From: Desulfobacteraceae bacterium
Lineage (GTDB): Bacteria; Desulfobacterota; Desulfobacteria; Desulfobacterales; UBA2174
DNA length: 40,570 nt
Assembly: GCA_011042305.1 (NCBI GenBank)
Contig: DQXI01000238.1
Span: 1-40,570, forward strand
Direction of reading: 5' to 3'
The notes beneath the pieces were generated by a model. That model had not been told where the DNA came from and made no database searches. It saw only the letters and a list, made by a program, of their open reading frames with translations. The stretch's first letter is position 1; every line of letters begins with the position of its first letter. Of the stretch, positions 8,630-16,782 are shown in pieces. The translations under genes were made by a program, and so were the position numbers.

Positions 8630-8734
8630 TGCTCGCTCCTTGTCATTGGCATCGACCGGCCCGGCAGGGTCTGACGCGTCGGGCTTGTCGCACCTGCCAG
8701 GCCTGCCCCGGCGCACGGATGTCTTTACGGCAGC

Positions 8735-9493
8735 CTACAGCACAGGCGCGAACTCGTCGAGGATCACGTCGTAGAGGCGCCAGCCGATTTCGATGCCGAT
8801 TTCGATGAACTCGGGCCCGTAGCGCCGGCCGGTGGAACTACGGAAGGTGCCGCGGATGCGCTCGAGGCTTTCCATGCCCCTCGGGTAGTGGCGCACGAAG
8901 ACCGCCGGCGGAACGCGGCCGAAGGCGAGCATGTTCCAGATGGTGTCGGTGAAATTGTCCGGCCCCCAGCGGAACTTGTCCGCGTCGTAGAGGCAGGCGT
9001 CGATCAAACCGGCGGCGGCAGTGGCCGGCGCGATGACCTCCTTGAAGGCCTCGTGGTTGCCGATGGCGCTGCTGATGTCTTCCACCGCCCTGGCAGACAG
9101 GGGAAACTGCTTCAGAAGCCGCTGGGCAAAGTCCGCGCCGGCCCGGGCGTGATCGGGCCGAACGCGCTCGATGTCATGCAGCAGGCCGGCGCACTGGACG
9201 TGGCGCACCGCAGCGGCCAGGCCGCCATCCACCTGTCGCCCACCCCCTCTTTCCGCCACCACCAGGGCGCCGGCGTCCAGGGTTACCTTGGCGGCATGGC
9301 GCAGGCCGTGACCGAAATCGTCGCTGAGCTTGGCCGTCACGAAACGCCGCAGGCGGGCAATGACCGGATCGGTGGCGTAGAAATTGCGGGACCAGGCGCA
9401 GGCATCGGCACAGTCACGATAGAATCTAGGGAGGGGGCAAGCGGAAACGATCCGGCAGGCGCGCTCCCGAAGCTGGATGTAGACAGGGTCCAT
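8735..9493 (-). CDS. HD-domain metal-dependent phosphohydrolase
   Basis: GHGLRH...LLHDIER...NHEAF...YDADK metal-ligand pattern. Confidence 0.85.
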   Translation of the reverse strand: MDPVYIQLRERACRIVSACPLPRFYRDCADACAWSRNFYATDPVIARLRRFVTAKLSDDFGHGLRHAAKVTLDAGALVVAERGGGRQVDGGLAAAVRHVQCAGLLHDIERVRPDHARAGADFAQRLLKQFPLSARAVEDISSAIGNHEAFKEVIAPATAAAGLIDACLYDADKFRWGPDNFTDTIWNMLAFGRVPPAVFVRHYPRGMESLERIRGTFRSSTGRRYGPEFIEIGIEIGWRLYDVILDEFAPVL

Positions 9494-9565
9494 TTTGGAA
9501 GGGCGTCAGGCGGCCTGCGACGGCCGCTGAAACATCCACAGCCGAGGCCGTAAACAAAGATTCGA

Positions 9566-10069
9566 TCAGGTGGCGAGGTCAGCCAGACCGAAGGGGTTGC
9601 CGCAAACCTTCCAAGTCCCTTCTTCTTTCACCAGCTCGAGGGTTTCTTCCAGGTGATGGCTCTCGCCGATGGAAAACAAGCGGGCCACCCAGGCGAAGAC
9701 GGGGTTGATGGCGGTGCGGCGCAAGGCGGTGATATGCACCAGGGCCTGGTCGCCATCCTCGCTCAACTCGGTGCGTGAGTCCACGTGGTAAAGGTTGGCG
9801 CGGATCATGTTGGACGGAAAACCGCGCTCGCGGGCCTCGTCGAAGCGCCGCTCGCGCAGGAGGGCCACCGGGTCGGCCTCTTCATCGCCGCGCAGGTCGG
9901 TGCAAAGGAAGTTGCCCATGGCCGGATCAAGCTGGAAGTAGGCCTTGGAGAAGGCGATGGCCGTGCGGTGGGGCATGGGGCGGCTGTCGGCGAAGATCAG
10001 CAGCACCTGCATCAGGATTCCCGCCAGAATGACCAGAACGATGGGCGTGCTCATGTTGTTGCGGTCCAT
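9566..10069 (-). CDS. Membrane-anchored hypothetical protein downstream of tmc
   Basis: AGGAG SD; one N-terminal TM helix and a soluble domain ending LVKEEGTWKVCG, with two Cys. Confidence 0.75.
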   Translation of the reverse strand: MDRNNMSTPIVLVILAGILMQVLLIFADSRPMPHRTAIAFSKAYFQLDPAMGNFLCTDLRGDEEADPVALLRERRFDEARERGFPSNMIRANLYHVDSRTELSEDGDQALVHITALRRTAINPVFAWVARLFSIGESHHLEETLELVKEEGTWKVCGNPFGLADLAT

Positions 10070-10262
10070 GGCCGTCTCTCCTCTTTGTGAAAGCTGGCTT
10101 TTCAACACAACGCGACAGCGGCCCCGGCATTCTTCGGGCTGCGGCCCGGCCCGGCGCTGGCGCCCAGGAACGGAAAAACGCTGGTTGAAATAACACGATT
10201 TGGCACCCCAGACAAGAGCCAATGGCCCGGCGGAGGGAAAGGCGCGGCGGGGCTGGAGCCCC

Positions 10263-10613
10263 TCAGCCGATGGTGTTCTTGACGATCCCGATGAGCTTCT
10301 CGGGATCGAAAGGCTTTTTGACGAAGGCGATGGCCCCCTTGATGGCATGATCGCCGTCGATGCCGCTGACCACGATCACCGGGATGTCGCGCAGGGTATC
10401 GTCCTGGCGCAGCTTGCGGTAAAACCGCGGCCCCCACTCGCCGGGCAACTGCAGATCGAGGGTGACCAGGTCCGGCTTTTCAGCCAGCACCACGTCCATG
10501 GCCTCGGCCGCCGTGCCCGCCGTGCAGGTGGCATACCCGTTGTCGCTGAACACGGCCTGGAGGTATTTCACGATTACCGGATCGTCTTCGACGATAAGGA
10601 TTTTCTTCGGCAT
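10263..10613 (-). CDS. Single-domain response regulator receiver (DVU0259-like, tmc-associated)
   Basis: KILIVEDD, PDLVTLDLQLPGEWG, IVVSG, KKPFD; GGAGG SD. Confidence 0.92.
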   Translation of the reverse strand: MPKKILIVEDDPVIVKYLQAVFSDNGYATCTAGTAAEAMDVVLAEKPDLVTLDLQLPGEWGPRFYRKLRQDDTLRDIPVIVVSGIDGDHAIKGAIAFVKKPFDPEKLIGIVKNTIG

Positions 10614-10677
10614 GGCAGCCTCCATGCGGTTGCAGCGTTGGAAGTTCGGTCACTGCTCATTCGTTACGGGTCAATCA

Positions 10678-11061
10678 TCATGGGCGCTGGTGGCACTCGC
10701 CGCACATGACGGGCCCATTTTCCAGCTCCAGGTGGCACTGTTTACAGTTGCCATGAAAGGCCCCCATCAGGGCCGGCATTCCGTCGTCGGCGGCCGTTTC
10801 GGCATGGCAGTCGCTGCAGCGGTAGTCTTCGCTCGACTCGTCCGGCACCAGTTGGCCTTCGCGGTAGACATGGTGACATCGGTTGCATTCGTCGATGCCG
10901 GCGGCCTCGTTGTGCGCGTCGTGGACAAACACCGCCGGGGGGCGCTGCGGCGAGGTGAACGCATCGTTGGGCACCGTTTCCATGTCTTCCTGGGCCAGGG
11001 GCGCCGTCGCCCACAACCACCCCACGGCAACGGCCAGCAACACCGTGACGAATCGTTTCAT
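10678..11061 (-). CDS. tmcA: Acidic tetraheme cytochrome c3 (type II) TmcA
   Basis: Signal peptide; four CxxCH motifs (CNRCHH, CSDCH, CKQCH, CGECH); FVHDAH; acidic composition. Confidence 0.92.
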   Translation of the reverse strand: MKRFVTVLLAVAVGWLWATAPLAQEDMETVPNDAFTSPQRPPAVFVHDAHNEAAGIDECNRCHHVYREGQLVPDESSEDYRCSDCHAETAADDGMPALMGAFHGNCKQCHLELENGPVMCGECHQRP

Positions 11062-11070
11062 TGAGTCTCC

Positions 11071-12408
11071 TTATGCCTCCGGCTTTTCCATCACCTCGTA
11101 GATGATATCGCCGAAAAACTTGATATCCAGACCCAACTCGTAGGCATGGTTGATGTCTTCCAGGCCGCTGTGACAGTTGTGACAGGGGGCGATAAGCACC
11201 TTGGCCCCGCGGATCTTGGCATCGGCGAGCTGGTCGGCCTTGACCCGATTGCCCTCGATCCGCTTGTTTTTCCAGGGCGGTCCACAGTTGATCACCCCCC
11301 CGCCGGCGCAACAGCAGTAGTTGTGCTCGCAGTTGGGGTACATCTCCACCACCTCTTCACACAAGGCATGGGCCAGATCCCGGGCCATGCGGTGTAGTCC
11401 ACCGCCGCGCACCACGTTGCATGGATCGTGGATCGTCACCGGGGTTTTGAACTTCTTGGCCACGCGGATTTTTCCGGCGGTGAGCAGTTCGTGGTAGAAT
11501 TCGATGGCATGGATGATGGGAATCGGCGGGATGCGCCACCCAAGCCAGCGGTTGCCCACGTCGTAGACCGAGCGGAAGGCGTGCCCGCATTCGCCCATAA
11601 CGATGCGGCGTACCCGCAGCCGGGCCGCGGTCTCGTAATGCTCCCGCTTGATGCGGCCCATCACTTCGTTGTCGCCGGTGAACATGGCCATGTCACTGTT
11701 GTCCCAGCCCGCGGTGGCCGGCATGGTCCAGTTGACCCCGGCCACGTCCATGATCACCGCCGCCTGGTAGATCAACTGGGCCTGGAACTTGGGCTCGGGG
11801 CCGATGACCGAGTACATGATATCGGCCCCCTCCTTTTCCAGGGGGATGCGCAGGGTGGGAATTTCGCCCCGGGCTTCCTCCTCCTGCCACTGCAAGGTGT
11901 CGGGCCACTCGTCCGGCTTAACCCACATCTGGTTGGAGACTGCCGCGTGGCTGTGGGCCGTGTCCTGGATGTACTGCGGTGTCATGCCCAGCAGGTGCAC
12001 GATGCGCCGCACCACCATCATCAGGTAAGCGATGTCAATGCCGAAGGGGCAGTACATGGCGCAGCGCTTGCACAGGTTGCACTCCGTGTGGACGATTTCC
12101 GCCGCCCGGCGCATGAAGTCCACGCTGACCCGTCCCTTGCGGCGAATCATCTCCCAGAGGGTCTGCTTGACCTTGGCCACCGGCGAATACCGGGGGTCCT
12201 TGTCGTGGGAAAGGTAGTAGTGACAGGCCTCTGAGCAGAGTCCGCAGTGCACGCAGGTATCCACGTAGACCTTGAGCCGCGCCCCGCTCTCCCCCTTGAT
12301 CACGCGGTTGATCACCGCCTGGATCCGGTCTTCGGTGAGCCCGGCGGCCCCTTTTTCGATGCCGTTATCCACAATCTGCTTGGCTTCGCTTTTGGCGGGT
12401 TGCGCCAC
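11071..12408 (-). CDS. tmcB: Fe-S/CCG-domain protein TmcB (HdrD/DsrK-like)
   Basis: CVHCGLCSEAC, CNLCKRCAMYCP, GECGHA, HDPCN, CCCAGGG, PCHNC. Confidence 0.92.
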   Translation of the reverse strand: MAQPAKSEAKQIVDNGIEKGAAGLTEDRIQAVINRVIKGESGARLKVYVDTCVHCGLCSEACHYYLSHDKDPRYSPVAKVKQTLWEMIRRKGRVSVDFMRRAAEIVHTECNLCKRCAMYCPFGIDIAYLMMVVRRIVHLLGMTPQYIQDTAHSHAAVSNQMWVKPDEWPDTLQWQEEEARGEIPTLRIPLEKEGADIMYSVIGPEPKFQAQLIYQAAVIMDVAGVNWTMPATAGWDNSDMAMFTGDNEVMGRIKREHYETAARLRVRRIVMGECGHAFRSVYDVGNRWLGWRIPPIPIIHAIEFYHELLTAGKIRVAKKFKTPVTIHDPCNVVRGGGLHRMARDLAHALCEEVVEMYPNCEHNYCCCAGGGVINCGPPWKNKRIEGNRVKADQLADAKIRGAKVLIAPCHNCHSGLEDINHAYELGLDIKFFGDIIYEVMEKPEA

Positions 12409-12471
12409 GATGCAATCTCCTCATGAAGAAAGTCCGGAGCCGGAAGTTTCGATGGTCTGCTCCCGGACCGG

Positions 12472-13131
12472 CTACCAGTCGACGGCGTGCCGCACGCCGC
12501 CGAACTCACTGCCCGTGTAGGCCCGGGTCAAGGGGGCAAAGAGCATATGCACCAAACGGGTGAAGGGAATCGCCACCAGCATGACCTGCCCCGAGACGAT
12601 GTGGGCCACCAGCATCCAGCGGTAGGCGAAAAGCTGGTGGTAGGCGATAAAACCCGTGACAAACGGCGCGGCCACCACGGCCAGCAGCACGTAGTCGGAG
12701 GTCGAGGTGACAAAGCGCACCTCCGGCCGAACGATGCGCCGCACCAGGAAAAAAACGGCGCCGGCAATGACGATCAGCGTCATCCAATCGGCGGCGACAT
12801 CTGGCAGGCTCGGCCAGCCGAAGCCCCAGGCTTCCTCGAACAAAATCGCATGGGCCATCAGGAAGACCGGTGCCACCAGCAGGCAGATATGAAAGGCGAA
12901 GGTCACGATGGTCATCACGGGATGCAGGCGCCAGTTGACCGTGCCGAAGGGCAGAATCCAGTGCAGAATCGAGCGCAGACTGTATTTGAGACTCATGTAG
13001 CTGAAGATAAACGGCTCCTTGCGCCTCACGAGGATCAGCAACTGCACCAGCCGATAGAGCAGGCCTCCGAAAAAGAGCAAAAAGGCGATCCAGGTCAACG
13101 GCCCGGTGACCCATCCGTATATCGCGTGCAT
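12472..13131 (-). CDS. tmcC: Integral membrane b-type cytochrome TmcC (NarI-like)
   Basis: Five TM segments with His ligands (FAFHICLL..MAHA; AHIVSG..PFTRLVHM); position in the tmc operon. Confidence 0.9.
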   Translation of the reverse strand: MHAIYGWVTGPLTWIAFLLFFGGLLYRLVQLLILVRRKEPFIFSYMSLKYSLRSILHWILPFGTVNWRLHPVMTIVTFAFHICLLVAPVFLMAHAILFEEAWGFGWPSLPDVAADWMTLIVIAGAVFFLVRRIVRPEVRFVTSTSDYVLLAVVAAPFVTGFIAYHQLFAYRWMLVAHIVSGQVMLVAIPFTRLVHMLFAPLTRAYTGSEFGGVRHAVDW

Positions 13132-13141
13132 GGCCTTTTCC

Positions 13142-14404
13142 TTATGCGAGCAGTTGATCGACGGCAAGTACCTGGCGCCGATAGGTCCCCTTTTCGATAC
13201 CCCGCACCAGCACCCGGGTGCCGTCGGGAGAAAACACCGGCTGCCAAAGGGCTTCGTAGGATTGGGGCAACCGGCGGTCGTCCACGACCAAGCCGAAACG
13301 CCCCTCGGTTTCCACCACCGCTGCCACCAGGCGGCCGTCCGGGCTGAAGACCGGCGGGCGGATCTGGTCGAAGCGCTGACTCCAGAGCCGGTCGTCCACC
13401 AGCAGGGTCCAGCGGCCGTCGTGTTTGGCCGCGGCGGCAAGGCGGCGGCCGTCCGGGCTGAAGCGCAGGTCCATGACCATCTCGTTGACCGTCGTGCGCC
13501 ACGGGACCCCGTCCACGGCCAGGGTCCAGTAACCGTAGCGCGGCGAAACGATGGCCGCCAGGCGCTGCCCGTCGGGACTCACCTGCTGGTGCCAAACCTG
13601 GACAAAACGCCGGGGCCAGATCGGCGCCCCGTCGGCAGCCACGGTCCACTGGCCCTCCAGGCGCACCGGGGCAATCACCGCGCCGGATACGGGGTGAAAG
13701 ACCGGCTGCCAGACACTGGAGAAACAGCGCTCCCAAGGGCGGCCGTCCACGGCGATGGTGTAGTCGTAGAGCCCCTGGCGTACCTCGGCCGCCAGGTGTG
13801 CCCCGTCGGGGCTGAAGGCCAGATTCCACACGTTGGTGAAGACGCTGTCCCAGGCATCCCCGTCCACGGCGACCGAATAGCAGCCGGCCTGGAAGCGGGC
13901 AATGTCCGCCTCGCCGGTCTCTTTGACCTGGACCGTGGCGGCGGTGTGTCGGCCGTCGGGGCTGATGGCAAAGTGGGTCATGTTGGCAAAGCGGTTTTCC
14001 CACATGACCCCGTCCAGGACCATGGCGTATGCCATGTCCTGCTGGGCCGCCACGGCAACGCGGGCGCCGTCGGCGCTGAACAAAGTGTTCCAGACGTAGC
14101 CGTAGCGCTCCGGCCAGGTCTCTCCGTCCACCGCCACGGTCCATTCCCCGTCCTCGGACACCAGGGCGCTGAGACGGCCGTCATGGGAAAAACGCAGGTA
14201 CCAGGCCTTGTCGAACACCCCTTCCCAGGCCCGGCCGTTGACGCAGACACTGAACTGGGCATCGTCGAGGTTGACCACGGCGGCGATCCGCTCGCCATCG
14301 GGGCTCACGTAAGGTTCTTCCACCCAGGCGAAATCGGCCTTCCAGGCATCGAAGGGGATTGCCTTGGTGCCGATCTCCCAATCCCAGCGCGATACGTCGG
14401 CCAT
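13142..14404 (-). CDS. tmcD: Trp-rich beta-propeller-like protein TmcD
   Basis: Repeated FSPDG..AA and VAVDG..W..F..VW units; AGGAGG SD; first gene of tmcDCBA. Confidence 0.9.
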   Translation of the reverse strand: MADVSRWDWEIGTKAIPFDAWKADFAWVEEPYVSPDGERIAAVVNLDDAQFSVCVNGRAWEGVFDKAWYLRFSHDGRLSALVSEDGEWTVAVDGETWPERYGYVWNTLFSADGARVAVAAQQDMAYAMVLDGVMWENRFANMTHFAISPDGRHTAATVQVKETGEADIARFQAGCYSVAVDGDAWDSVFTNVWNLAFSPDGAHLAAEVRQGLYDYTIAVDGRPWERCFSSVWQPVFHPVSGAVIAPVRLEGQWTVAADGAPIWPRRFVQVWHQQVSPDGQRLAAIVSPRYGYWTLAVDGVPWRTTVNEMVMDLRFSPDGRRLAAAAKHDGRWTLLVDDRLWSQRFDQIRPPVFSPDGRLVAAVVETEGRFGLVVDDRRLPQSYEALWQPVFSPDGTRVLVRGIEKGTYRRQVLAVDQLLA

Positions 14405-14475
14405 GCATCCTCCTATCCGCGGCACGGCGGCAATGAACTCCGGGCACTAAAACAGCAATGGCGGGGTTTTCCCGC

Positions 14476-14491
14476 TGCAATTTTTATACCG
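14476..14491 (-). promoter_or_regulatory. Sigma54 (-24/-12) promoter of the tmc operon
   Basis: Minus strand CGGTATAAAAATTGCA gives GG-N10-GC with TTGCA at -12, about 70 bp upstream of tmcD. Confidence 0.65.
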
Positions 14492-14585
14492 GCTCCAGGT
14501 TGAAAAAGCAACCGAATCGACGCTTACCAGCTTTCAGGCACCGTTGGGCAAAGGCCTCCACAAGGACCGGGACAGCGCCGCCGCA

Positions 14586-14616
14586 TAAAGAAGCCCGGCC
14601 GGAAATCCGGCCGGGC
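14586..14616 (-). terminator. Rho-independent terminator after the tRNA pair
   Basis: GCCCGGCCGGA-TT-TCCGGCCGGGC stem followed by TTCTTTA on the minus strand. Confidence 0.75.
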
Positions 14617-14630
14617 CCTAGCAGGCAAGG

Positions 14631-14723
14631 TGGCGGAGAGAGAGGGATTCGAACCCTCGGTGCAGTATTACCCGCACACTCGCTTAGCAGGCGAGCGCCT
14701 TCAGCCGACTCGGCCATCTCTCC
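14631..14723 (-). tRNA. tRNA-Ser(GCT)
   Basis: GGAGAGA acceptor stem, anticodon arm CTCGC-CTGCTAA-GCGAG, long variable arm, GGTTCGAATCC, discriminator G plus CCA. Confidence 0.97.
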
Positions 14724-14733
14724 GTAGCGTCGT

Positions 14734-14819
14734 TGGCGGAGGGAGTAGGATTCGAACCCACGGAGCTTTCGCTCAACGGTTTTCAAGACCGCCGCCTTAA
14801 ACCACTCGGCCATCCCTCC
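14734..14819 (-). tRNA. tRNA-Ser(TGA)
   Basis: GGAGGGA acceptor stem, anticodon arm GCGGT-CTTGAAA-ACCGT, variable arm GAGC-GAAA-GCTC, GGTTCGAATCC, G plus CCA. Confidence 0.97.
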
Positions 14820-14833
14820 CGCACAAGTCAGTT

Positions 14834-14862
14834 TTTCTAACATCATCGACCGGAGGGGTCAA
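14834..14862 (-). promoter_or_regulatory. Sigma70 promoter of the tRNA-Ser pair
   Basis: TTGACC-17 bp-TAGAAA, with TG-n before the -10, 15 bp upstream of the tRNA. Confidence 0.6.
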
Positions 14863-15276
14863 TGGTTTTCCAACATGTCGAATCGCTTCAGCCTCGCGAT
14901 GGGGTCCGCGTTTCGAGGCCGCCGAAACGGCCAGCAAACCTTTTGCCTTTTCACCCGGGGCGTCTGTATGCTTGATCAAGTCCCGTCTTTCCGGTCTTTA
15001 TCCTGCAAAAAAGGAGAAGCGCCCCATGACCACCGCGCTGCAAACCGCTTCTCCATCCCGCCGCCGGCCGAGCGGGTGTTCCTGCTGGAGCCGAAGGTTG
15101 AAACGGCCGAAGACCCGGAGGCGGGTCGGCGTGTGCGATTTGGATTGCGCTAGGCGTCGCCCTGGCGCTGGTGTCCATTTGGTGGTATCGCTACCTCGCC
15201 GCAAGGCGGTATCCATGCCTGACGCGGCGAGGCACCTTTTTTGAAGAATTCAAAGATCCGTTGAAAGGTGGTCACC

Positions 15277-16113
15277 GTGACCGACCCATCCGCTTCGCTT
15301 CTTTGCCCGCGCTGCCGTCGCTTGGTCAGCCGCGGCGAAACCCGCTGCCCCTACTGCGGGCTGCCCCATCCGGCCGGACTGCACCTGCTGGGGGCCCTGG
15401 TGCGCTGGCTGAGCCGCCCCGAGGATTTCGTGCGCGGCCTGATCTGGCTCAACGTGATCGTGTTCGGGCTTTCGCTTCTGCTCAACCCCGGGGGCGTGCG
15501 GCTCTCGGCCAACCCCCTGCGCTTCTTGTCGCCCAACACGGAAAGTCTCATCCTCCTGGGCGCCAGCGGCACCTTTCCCATCGAGCGCCTCGGCCGCTGG
15601 TGGTCCCTGCTCACCGCCGGCTACCTGCACGGCGGGCTGCTGCACATCTTCTTCAACATGGCGGCCCTGAACCAGCTTGCCCCGCTGATTGCCCGCCAAT
15701 TCGGTATCTTCCGAATGTTCACCATCTACACCCTCGGCGCCGCCGCCGGGTTCTATGCCTCCTACCTGGCCGGCGTCGCCCTGACCATCGGGGCTTCGGC
15801 CGGTCTCTGCGCCCTGATCGGGGCCGCCATCTACTACGGCAAGCGCCGTGGCGGCATCTACGGCCGGGTGGTTTTCCGACAGACATCGGGCTGGATCGTG
15901 GGGCTGGTGCTGATCGGCCTGCTGCCGGGGATCAACAACTGGGCCCACGGCGGCGGACTGTTGGCGGGGGCGGTCCTGGCATTCCTGGTGGGTTACAGCG
16001 AGCGGCGGCCAGAGTCCTTCTGGCACGTTGTCACCGGCGGCATCCTGATGGTCGCCACGGTGCTGGCGCTCGGGTGGGCCGTGGCCGGCGCCGTGATGCT
16101 CCGGCTTTCGTAA
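15277..16113 (+). CDS. Rhomboid intramembrane serine protease with N-terminal zinc ribbon
   Basis: CPRC..CPYC; WWSLLTAGYLHGGLLHIFFNM, GASAG (catalytic Ser), NWAHGGGL (catalytic His). Confidence 0.93.
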   Translation: MTDPSASLLCPRCRRLVSRGETRCPYCGLPHPAGLHLLGALVRWLSRPEDFVRGLIWLNVIVFGLSLLLNPGGVRLSANPLRFLSPNTESLILLGASGTFPIERLGRWWSLLTAGYLHGGLLHIFFNMAALNQLAPLIARQFGIFRMFTIYTLGAAAGFYASYLAGVALTIGASAGLCALIGAAIYYGKRRGGIYGRVVFRQTSGWIVGLVLIGLLPGINNWAHGGGLLAGAVLAFLVGYSERRPESFWHVVTGGILMVATVLALGWAVAGAVMLRLS

Positions 16114-16130
16114 AAAACGGCCAAATGGCG

Positions 16131-16523
16131 CTACCGGACAGACTTCAACGGCAGATGAGCACCGATGAGATCAAAATCCCGATCATCGTGCAGGAGCGGC
16201 AAGTCTTCAGCGATGCAAAAAGTGGCGATGATGACATCGATCGTCTTTCTCACGGTGACTCCGGCTTTTCGGAGATGCCTGTAATTTTCCGCGCTCTGAA
16301 CGGCCATGGCGTATCCCCCCATACTGCGAAAGACCAGGGCCTGCATGAACCCCTTGGCCGTTTGAAAATCCCGGTCGGACCTGAACCCCTGGAGCACTTC
16401 AGTTAGGATCAGCTCTCCCACCACGATGGGAACACGCGACAGGAAATCGTCGAGACGATCAGTCTGCCATGACGGGTGGCCGTTGAAGTAATCGATCCAC
16501 ACCGAAGTGTCCACCAGGATCAT
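16131..16523 (-). CDS. vapC: VapC-family PIN toxin
   Basis: MILVDTSVWIDYF, EVLQG, RKTIDVIIA, LLHDDRDF. Confidence 0.93.
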   Translation of the reverse strand: MILVDTSVWIDYFNGHPSWQTDRLDDFLSRVPIVVGELILTEVLQGFRSDRDFQTAKGFMQALVFRSMGGYAMAVQSAENYRHLRKAGVTVRKTIDVIIATFCIAEDLPLLHDDRDFDLIGAHLPLKSVR

Positions 16524-16714
16524 GCATCCGCCCTCATGGCATCCAAATCACCATCCCAGTGCAGTTTACCGCGCAACGATTTCAACCGCTCCTGCTTCTT
16601 GATCTGCACCAGCAACCTCAAGCCCGTCTCCACCGCGGCCTTTTTCGTCTTGACCCCGGTCAACGCCATGGCTTCCCGCATCAGATCTTCATCAATGACA
16701 ATGTTGGTTCGCAT
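16520..16714 (-). CDS. vapB: VapB-family (DUF2191-type, RHH) antitoxin
   Basis: MRTNIVIDEDLMREAMALTGVKTKKAAVE...LRGKLHWDGDLDAMR; ATGA overlap with the toxin; AGGAGG SD. Confidence 0.92.
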   Translation of the reverse strand: MRTNIVIDEDLMREAMALTGVKTKKAAVETGLRLLVQIKKQERLKSLRGKLHWDGDLDAMRADA

Positions 16715-16727
16715 GCACCCTCCTTTT

Positions 16728-16756
16728 ATGTGTATTATTTTAAATATCATACACAT
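16728..16756. promoter_or_regulatory. Inverted-repeat operator of vapBC
   Basis: ATGTGTAT-N13-ATACACAT immediately upstream of the vapB SD. Confidence 0.75.
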
Positions 16757-16782
16757 CAAGATCGCGTCAACCGCTGCGATCC

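Noticed and set aside
13142-14404. Repeated sequence units as a tandem repeat or CRISPR array
   Set aside because: They are degenerate protein-level beta-propeller repeats of TmcD, not identical DNA repeats with spacers.
14500-14640. tRNA 3' end as an integration site for a genomic island
   Set aside because: No integrase, and I saw no duplicated tRNA 3' end in the window; the flanking genes are core (tmc).
14734-14819. tRNA with TGA in the anticodon loop as a possible tRNA-Sec or suppressor
   Set aside because: Anticodon UGA reads UCA (Ser). tRNA-Sec needs anticodon UCA and an extended acceptor stem; this is a normal tRNA-Ser.
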